DNA of 38,590 nt. Source: a virus. Its lineage: Duplodnaviria; Caudoviricetes. This document shows, in pieces, positions 33,465 to 38,590 of the stretch. The notes beneath the pieces were generated by a model. The model did no database searches and was not told the DNA's origin. It saw nothing but the letters and a program-made list of their open reading frames with translations. The stretch is taken from positions 1-38,590 of IMG/VR virus record IMGVR_UViG_3300033168_000020. One strand, written 5' to 3'. Position numbers and translations under genes: made by a program. Each line of letters opens with the position of its first letter. Positions within the stretch are counted from its first letter, which is position 1.

Positions 33465-33847
33465 GCCGTCGCCTGAGCGCCATCGATCGCGGCGATGACG
33501 TCCTCATCGTTGAGGTAGGCCTTGACGCCGGCGCGCAAGTCTCCGAGGGTGTTGCTCGCGCTGAAGAGCGCGTCGACATTCCGCACGTCCTGGGGGTCGA
33601 GCACGCTGCAGGCCCAGTCGGAGAGATGGCGAGGTCGTCCACCGGGCCCTTCGAGAAGTCCGGCTCGCCGCGTCGCTACCCATTTCTGCCCGTCGAGAGT
33701 GGCCATCCACCCGGCGAGGCAGTAGGTCGTGCCGCAGGCGGTCCTGTCTTGCCAATAGCGCTGGTCCCACGTCTCGGGGTGCATCTCGATCTGCGCCATC
33801 GCGGCAACGAGAAGGTCCTTCGGGTCGGTGAAGTTCCGCATGCTCAT
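33461..33847 (-). CDS. Conserved-type phage hypothetical protein
   Basis: PETWDQ.YW....CGTTYCLAGW. Confidence 0.75.
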   Translation of the reverse strand: MSMRNFTDPKDLLVAAMAQIEMHPETWDQRYWQDRTACGTTYCLAGWMATLDGQKWVATRRAGLLEGPGGRPRHLSDWACSVLDPQDVRNVDALFSASNTLGDLRAGVKAYLNDEDVIAAIDGAQATA

Positions 33848-34236
33848 GCGCTTGTTCCTCTCAAGGCTGACGTGCTGATCTGCGAGCGCATCGCGGCGGT
33901 CAGCAGCAGGTCCACGTCGGACTCATCCAGCCGCTCACCGTGGACGAGGACCCGGTCGCGACCGTCGAACTCGGTCTTCGCCTCGCGCAGGTCAACCACG
34001 CCCGCCACGCACTCCGGGCCGGCGCCGACCTGGAAGACGACGTGGCCGAAGACGGCGGAGAGGACGGTCAGGCCGCCAGCCGGGTCGCAGTAGCCGGAGC
34101 AGACGTGGCTGGTGTCCCGTTCGGCGTCGTCTGCGACGTCGGCAAGCGTCATCGGGTTCTCATCCGGCTCGGCGTGGGCGGCTGCCCACAGCCCGGCGTC
34201 GGCTTCCGTGTGGGAGCCGTAGTCCTCGGTGGTCAT
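33844..34236 (-). CDS. Hypothetical protein
   Basis: 130 aa acidic, RBS AAGGAG. Confidence 0.6.
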   Translation of the reverse strand: MTTEDYGSHTEADAGLWAAAHAEPDENPMTLADVADDAERDTSHVCSGYCDPAGGLTVLSAVFGHVVFQVGAGPECVAGVVDLREAKTEFDGRDRVLVHGERLDESDVDLLLTAAMRSQISTSALRGTSA

Positions 34237-34247
34237 CTAGAATCTCC

Positions 34248-34907
34248 TTAGTTCGTGAGGCCGGTCGCTCTTGTCGGGGTGCCGGCCTCCGGCATGTCGG
34301 GTGGTGCGACCCCGGCGCGGGTGGGGACTTGGGCGGTCGCGCCCGCGCCGGGGCAGTCAGCGAATCCAGACCCACTCGGGCAGCAGGTTCGAGCGGCGGC
34401 CCTTGTTGTGCAGTCCGGCGAGGTGGCGGCGCTAGGCAAGCCGGCGGCCTTGGCAGCGAGCTCAGTGGAGCGCGGGCTGCGTTGGGAGGCCTTGGTGTCA
34501 CGTGACGCCAAGGCCTCCCTTCCGGCGAAGATCTCGCCACCCAGCTGTGCACCCACGGCCCTCCGCTCAACGGCGGCGGGCTTCTCCAACTCCTCGATCT
34601 TGCGGGCGTATGCGACCTTCTCGGAGAACGTCATCTCCTTGCGGCACGTGTTCTCGTCCCGCTCCGCCCGCGCCATCGCCAAGGCGTCGTCCTGAGTCTT
34701 GGCGATGGCGAACGGGATCGTCTCCAGACCGACCTGCCGACACGCCTCTACCCGCCGACCGCCGCATAGCAGGCGGTGGTCGGGCATGACCGCGATGGGC
34801 GAGAGGACGCCATGCTCACGGATCGACTCGATGAGGTCGGTCAGATCGCCGTAGTCCTTGCGGGCGCGCTCGCCCACGATGACGTCGCTGATGAACATCT
34901 CGCTCAT
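34248..34907 (-). CDS. ParB N-terminal domain protein, C-terminus probably degenerate
   Basis: RKDYGDL..L..SIREHGVLSPIAV....LLCGGRRVEA...ERDENTCRK; loses protein-like character after AAKAAGLPSAAT. Confidence 0.75.
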   Translation of the reverse strand: MSEMFISDVIVGERARKDYGDLTDLIESIREHGVLSPIAVMPDHRLLCGGRRVEACRQVGLETIPFAIAKTQDDALAMARAERDENTCRKEMTFSEKVAYARKIEELEKPAAVERRAVGAQLGGEIFAGREALASRDTKASQRSPRSTELAAKAAGLPSAATSPDCTTRAAARTCCPSGSGFADCPGAGATAQVPTRAGVAPPDMPEAGTPTRATGLTN

Positions 34908-35119
34908 GACGCTCGCCTCGTCCTGCGTCCGTGGACGTCCGTCAGCACCGGGGCGCTGACCTCGTGGGCCGCCTCGATCTGCCGGACGTGCTCGTCCGTG
35001 AAGCGGACGTACCGGCCGAGGCGCAGGTGTGGGAACTTCCCGGCCCGGACGCGGCGCATGACCCACTCGCGGGGGACGTCGAGGCGCTGGGCGAGGTCGT
35101 CAGGGCCGTGGTAGGTCAC
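34904..35119 (-). CDS. Excisionase-like HTH protein
   Basis: DLAQRLDVPREWV.RRVRAGKFPHLRLGRYVRF. Confidence 0.8.
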   Translation of the reverse strand: MTYHGPDDLAQRLDVPREWVMRRVRAGKFPHLRLGRYVRFTDEHVRQIEAAHEVSAPVLTDVHGRRTRRAS

Positions 35120-35364
35120 GAGGCGACCGCCATGACGTGGCGTTCGCGAAGGAGGGCGCCCACTGGCACGTCAAGAGCTAGCGCAAGACGATGTGCTAGT
35201 TCAGGGCTGGCGACCTTCTCCTCAGTCTCAAGGTTGGCGATGTGAGAGTAGGACGCGGGCTTCGCACGGTCGGCCAGCTCCTGCCGAGACAGTCCTCGTA
35301 GGACGCGGAATGCGCGGAGCGCATCGCCGTTCAGGACGACGGTCGGACGGCTTCTCGAAGGCAT
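35116..35364 (-). CDS. Cro-like XRE HTH regulator
   Basis: GDALRAFRVLRGLSRQELA...SHIANLE...LALALDVP; divergent from CI. Confidence 0.85.
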   Translation of the reverse strand: MPSRSRPTVVLNGDALRAFRVLRGLSRQELADRAKPASYSHIANLETEEKVASPELAHRLALALDVPVGALLRERHVMAVAS

Positions 35365-35370
35365 GGTGCC

Positions 35371-35399
35371 ACTATGGAAGAGATAGGAAGAGAAGTCAA
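35371..35399 (-). promoter_or_regulatory. Early lytic promoter (leaderless cro)
   Basis: TTGACT-17-CATAGT-6 nt-ATG. Confidence 0.65.
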
Positions 35400-35517
35400 G
35401 TAGGTGACGGAAGAAAGTTCGAGAAGTGGTGTCTTCGCAGGTCAGGGCTGGTTACGCGTCTGTAATTTCAGACGCGCCGTTTAGGGTTCCTCTCGCCTGA
35501 CCTCTTCTGGTCGTCGC

Positions 35518-35546
35518 TGGACTCTTCTGGGTTATTCCGGTGGAAT
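35518..35546 (+). promoter_or_regulatory. Repressor promoter (leaderless cI)
   Basis: TGGACT-17-TGGAAT-6 nt-ATG. Confidence 0.5.
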
Positions 35547-35552
35547 GGCGTC

Positions 35553-35909
35553 ATGAACAAGCGGACTCAGGCTGAGTGGCAGGCCATCGGCAATCAGGTC
35601 ACAGAGCAGCGGCTCAAGGCGGGATACCGCACGATCCAGCAGCTCGCGGATGCCGTGCAGATCAGCGCCAAGACGCTCGGCGGGCTGGAAGCCGGGCGCT
35701 CCGTGAGCGAAGGCACGCTCTACGACGTGCAGCAACACTTAGTCTCGGCTGTCAGCGGCGGCGACGATGATGAGGCGAGCACCGACACTCTCCTCTACCA
35801 GCGGCCACAGGGGCTCTCGGACGAGAGGTGGGAAGAGATCAGGCGGGAAGGCTTTGACTTCATCGAGTACCAGATCGACCGGGCCACCCGTGAGCGGGGA
35901 CCCTTATGA
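35553..35909 (+). CDS. CI-like immunity repressor (XRE HTH)
   Basis: RLKAGYRTIQQLADAVQISAKTLGGLEAGR; followed by ImmA-like gene. Confidence 0.8.
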   Translation: MNKRTQAEWQAIGNQVTEQRLKAGYRTIQQLADAVQISAKTLGGLEAGRSVSEGTLYDVQQHLVSAVSGGDDDEASTDTLLYQRPQGLSDERWEEIRREGFDFIEYQIDRATRERGPL

Positions 35910-36327
35910 CCCGGGCGCCGACATGCTCGCGCGGTACCCGGGGTGGGTGGTCCGCTGGCGACGCATCGCCCCGATCCCCGAAGTCCTGTGCGTCCGGCGT
36001 CGCGTCGTCCTGGTCGACCGAGACGGAGACTGGCCGACCAGACGGTGCGCCCTCGCCCATGCGGTCGCACACATCGACCTCGGACACCTGCCCGACAGCG
36101 GCCGTCAAGGACGACGGTATGAAGGCGAGGCCGACCTGCTGGCCGCGCAACGGCTGATCGGTCTCGAGCGGCTGGGCGACATCCTGACCTGGGCGTTGGG
36201 CCCGGATGAGGTGGCCGCCGAGCTGGATGTGACGGAGCACATGGTTTCGGTACGTATCAGGGGGCTGTCGCCTCTTGAGAAGCAGACGATCGAGCAGATC
36301 GTCGAGAGGACAGAGGGAGCAGCATGA
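35890..36327 (+). CDS. ImmA/IrrE-family protein with HAxxH instead of HExxH
   Basis: RRCALAHAVAHIDLGH...EGEADLLAAQRLI...VAAELDVT; GTG 35890. Confidence 0.8.
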   Translation: MSGDPYDPGADMLARYPGWVVRWRRIAPIPEVLCVRRRVVLVDRDGDWPTRRCALAHAVAHIDLGHLPDSGRQGRRYEGEADLLAAQRLIGLERLGDILTWALGPDEVAAELDVTEHMVSVRIRGLSPLEKQTIEQIVERTEGAA

Positions 36328-36929
36328 GCAATCAACCAGAGGCCACGCCGCGAACAGGGAAGGGCTCGGGAGGGCCGCGCAAGTGGTGGCTTCTGCCGAC
36401 CATCGCGGCACTGTTCATCGGCATCGGCCTCGGCGGCGTGGGCAAGAGCGAGGGCACGACCGGGACGGCTGCGACCTCGACCGGGACGGCTGCGACCTCG
36501 ACCGTCACGGCAACGGTCACGAAGGCGGGTGCTACAGGCTCTCCGGCGGCTACCGTCACGGCCCCCGCGGTCACGGTGACAGCGCCAGCCCCGGCGCCCG
36601 TGACAGCGCCAGCCCCGGCGCCCGTGACGGTGACCGCGCCGGCTGCGCCCGTGACGGTGACCGCGCCGGCTGCGCCAGCGGCGCCCCCACCGGGGCCAGG
36701 GGCGTCAGTCGGAGATGGGGTCTACGTCGTCGGGCAGGACATGCAGCCGGGCACCTACCGGGTGAGTGCGGCTGTCACGGACGGTTGCTACTGGGCCATC
36801 ACGAAGTCCGGCTCCAACGGCGCCGACATCGTGCAGAACGACCTTCCAAAGGGCGGTTTCCCCCAAGTCACGGTCAAGGCGGGTCAGGACTTCAACTCGG
36901 AGCGTTGCGGGACATGGGTCAAGAAGTAG
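36324..36929 (+). CDS. Membrane-anchored surface protein with Thr/Pro/Ala linker (superinfection-exclusion position)
   Basis: N-terminal TM, VTVTAPAAP repeats, GDGVYVVGQDMQPGTY...CYW...CGTW domain. Confidence 0.75.
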   Translation: MSNQPEATPRTGKGSGGPRKWWLLPTIAALFIGIGLGGVGKSEGTTGTAATSTGTAATSTVTATVTKAGATGSPAATVTAPAVTVTAPAPAPVTAPAPAPVTVTAPAAPVTVTAPAAPAAPPPGPGASVGDGVYVVGQDMQPGTYRVSAAVTDGCYWAITKSGSNGADIVQNDLPKGGFPQVTVKAGQDFNSERCGTWVKK

Positions 36930-37153
36930 ACCCCGACGACCTCGAGCGGGTCCGCCTCGCGGCCGCACAGTTCCGCTCCGAGCCCGCGCGCGAGCGGGAG
37001 ATACACGACCGCTTCGGGAACGTGACCGCGTTCTGGCAGCGGGTCCGCGTCCTCATCGTCACGCCGGAGATGATGGAAGCCCTGCCGGTCCAGTGCCGGA
37101 TGCTGCGAGAGCGGATGGACCGGCTCAGCCGCTCCCGGTCAACGCGGGTGTGA
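36914..37153 (+). CDS. DUF3263-like protein
   Basis: AREREIHDRFGNVTAFWQRVRVLI..PE.....P...RMLR pattern; start uncertain. Confidence 0.55.
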   Translation: MGQEVDPDDLERVRLAAAQFRSEPAREREIHDRFGNVTAFWQRVRVLIVTPEMMEALPVQCRMLRERMDRLSRSRSTRV

Positions 37154-38279
37154 CGTCCGGCAGGAATGCGGCAGTGGCGGCGGCGAGCGCGTCGAAGTCG
37201 GAGCGGGCCAAGTGGCCGTACCGGTCGATGGTCGTCGTGATCGACTCGTGCCCGAGGGTCCGCTGGATCGTCGGCAGCGGGACGGCGGACTGGATCGCCC
37301 ACGAGGCGAACGTGTGCCGCAGGTCGTGGATGCGCGGATGCTTCCCGTCGCCCAGCTCGATCACCTTCCCGCCCGCGACGACGTCACCGGCGAACGCGTG
37401 GACGGCGGGCCGCCACGTCCGGCCCCAGAACGAGCGCGCCCTGACGGGGCCGCCGCGCTCGTTGGTGAACACGAACGCGGCGGGCTTGCGGCCCTCGGTG
37501 AGTGGGCGGATGGCCTGGACGACCTGGGGTTGCAGCGGGACGGTCCGCCTCGAACGCTTCGTCTTCGTCGGCCCGAGCTCGTGCACGGCGGACGAGCCGG
37601 TGTGCTTCCACGCCTGCCGCACCCGCGCCTGCCGGCCGTCCAGGTCGACGTCGGCGACGGTGAGAGCGGTCACCTCCCCGAATCGCATGCCGGTCCCGAC
37701 GAGTAGCAGCACGAGCGGCTGGTAGCGGGGCGGGATGTGGCCGTAGAGGCGGGCGAACTCCTGCCGGGTCAGGAAACACATCTCGGCCGACGCGGTCCGG
37801 GGCAGCCGGATGCCGCGGCAGGGGTTCTCGAGGATCAGCTTGTCCGCGACGGCGCCGTTCATCGCGGCCGAGAGCAGCCCGTGCCGGTTGGCGACAGACT
37901 TCCCGGCGAGGCCCTGGCCGGCGAGCCGGTTGACCCAAGCGGCGACGGCGTCCCGGTCGAGCATCGCCAGCGGCAGGGGGCCGATGTCCTGCATGTCGTT
38001 GGCGAGGGTGCCGCGGTAGGTCTTGCGGGTGCCGTCGGTGACCCCGGTGAGGCGTTCGATGTGCTTGGCGACGTACTCCCCGACGGTGCCGACGTCGGGG
38101 CCCTGCTCGTCGAGCCAGCGCAGGGCGGGGCCGGGGCCGATGGCGTCGAGGCGTTTCCGCCACTTCTCGGCTGCCTTCGCGGTGGTGAAGGTCACGACCC
38201 GCTGCTTGCGGGCGTGGCGGAAACGGACCCGCCACACAGTGCCGCTGGCCGCTGTTTCGCGCTTCTCGATGCTGCTCAT
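37125..38279 (-). CDS. int: Tyrosine integrase
   Basis: TGMRFGE, KTK, HDLRH, LGHESI.TT.DRY catalytic set; adjacent to att. Confidence 0.96.
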   Translation of the reverse strand: MSSIEKRETAASGTVWRVRFRHARKQRVVTFTTAKAAEKWRKRLDAIGPGPALRWLDEQGPDVGTVGEYVAKHIERLTGVTDGTRKTYRGTLANDMQDIGPLPLAMLDRDAVAAWVNRLAGQGLAGKSVANRHGLLSAAMNGAVADKLILENPCRGIRLPRTASAEMCFLTRQEFARLYGHIPPRYQPLVLLLVGTGMRFGEVTALTVADVDLDGRQARVRQAWKHTGSSAVHELGPTKTKRSRRTVPLQPQVVQAIRPLTEGRKPAAFVFTNERGGPVRARSFWGRTWRPAVHAFAGDVVAGGKVIELGDGKHPRIHDLRHTFASWAIQSAVPLPTIQRTLGHESITTTIDRYGHLARSDFDALAAATAAFLPDVTPALTGSG

Positions 38280-38366
38280 TTCTGCATCCTGTCATGGGCT
38301 GATGTTCCCTGCTGTTCCCTAGGGATCCACGCTCAGATAAAGATGCAGGTCACAGGCCCAAGAATA

Positions 38367-38392
38367 GCGGAGGCGGACGGGAATCGAACCCG
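38367..38392. repeat. att core, right copy (within reconstituted tRNA-Sec)
   Basis: Identical to 599-624. Confidence 0.95.
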
Positions 38393-38460
38393 CCTGACCC
38401 GGATGCCGGGTCACACCGGTTTTGAAGACCGGGAGGGCCACCAGGCACCTGTACGCCTCC
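38368..38460 (-). tRNA. selC: tRNA-Sec (anticodon UCA), CCA not encoded
   Basis: GGAGGCG acceptor, CCGGT-CTTCAAA-ACCGG anticodon arm, long variable arm TGACCCGG/CCGGGTCA, GGTTCGATTCC T arm, G discriminator. Confidence 0.95.
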
Positions 38461-38498
38461 AGGAGTCACCGTAGTGGGTCGTGGGTAGTGTCGAGCGC

Positions 38499-38590
38499 AT
38501 GGACCCTACGGCCGTGACCTACCGGCTCACCCAGTACGCCCGCGGTGGCGGGTGCGCCTGCAAGATCCCGGCCGGTGAGCTCGAGGAGAT
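38499..38590 (+). CDS. selD: Selenide, water dikinase, 5' part (host; Cys form)
   Basis: MDPTAVTYRLTQYARGGGCACKIPAGELEE. Confidence 0.92.
   Translation, partial: MDPTAVTYRLTQYARGGGCACKIPAGELEE

Larger units (their letters stand above)
599..38392. mobile_element. Temperate siphovirus-like prophage integrated in tRNA-Sec
   Basis: 26-bp direct repeat at both ends matching the tRNA 3' end; integrase next to one end; complete lysogeny, replication, head, tail and lysis modules. Confidence 0.96.

Noticed and set aside
38499-38590. Sec-containing SelD
   Set aside because: Active-site codon is TGC (GGGCACK), not TGA

Overview
High-GC actinobacterial DNA. Almost the whole window is a ~37.8 kb temperate siphovirus-type prophage bounded by a 26-bp direct repeat (599-624 and 38367-38392) that is the 3' end of tRNA-Sec (selC, minus strand, 38368-38460). 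The prophage sits inside the host selenocysteine locus: the 5' part of selA is at the left edge and the 5' part of selD at the right edge. Reading the minus strand from right to left: tyrosine integrase; immunity region (plus-strand CI, ImmA-like protein lacking its catalytic Glu, surface protein, DUF3263-like); Cro, Xis, ParB-like; early genes (truncated C5-MTase, HNH fused by frameshift to a PD-(D/E)XK exonuclease, RecT-like, N4/N6-MTase, replication initiator with iterons and an in-frame UGA); late regulator; an unusual accessory block (25.9-23.3 kb); HNH/cos/terminase; HK97-type head; tail with a non-canonical -1 frameshift chaperone; tape measure; minor tail genes; lysis cassette. The accessory block is the most novel-looking part: a broken secreted metzincin, a small protein carrying a copy of the tape-measure C-terminal motif, a PhnZ/MIOX-like HD-domain enzyme coupled to an acid-free 24-aa-repeat protamine-like protein, a convergent acidic mini-protein and an orphan HicB. 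Several frameshifts and internal deletions suggest partial decay of accessory genes. All family calls come from motif recognition by eye, not from database searches.
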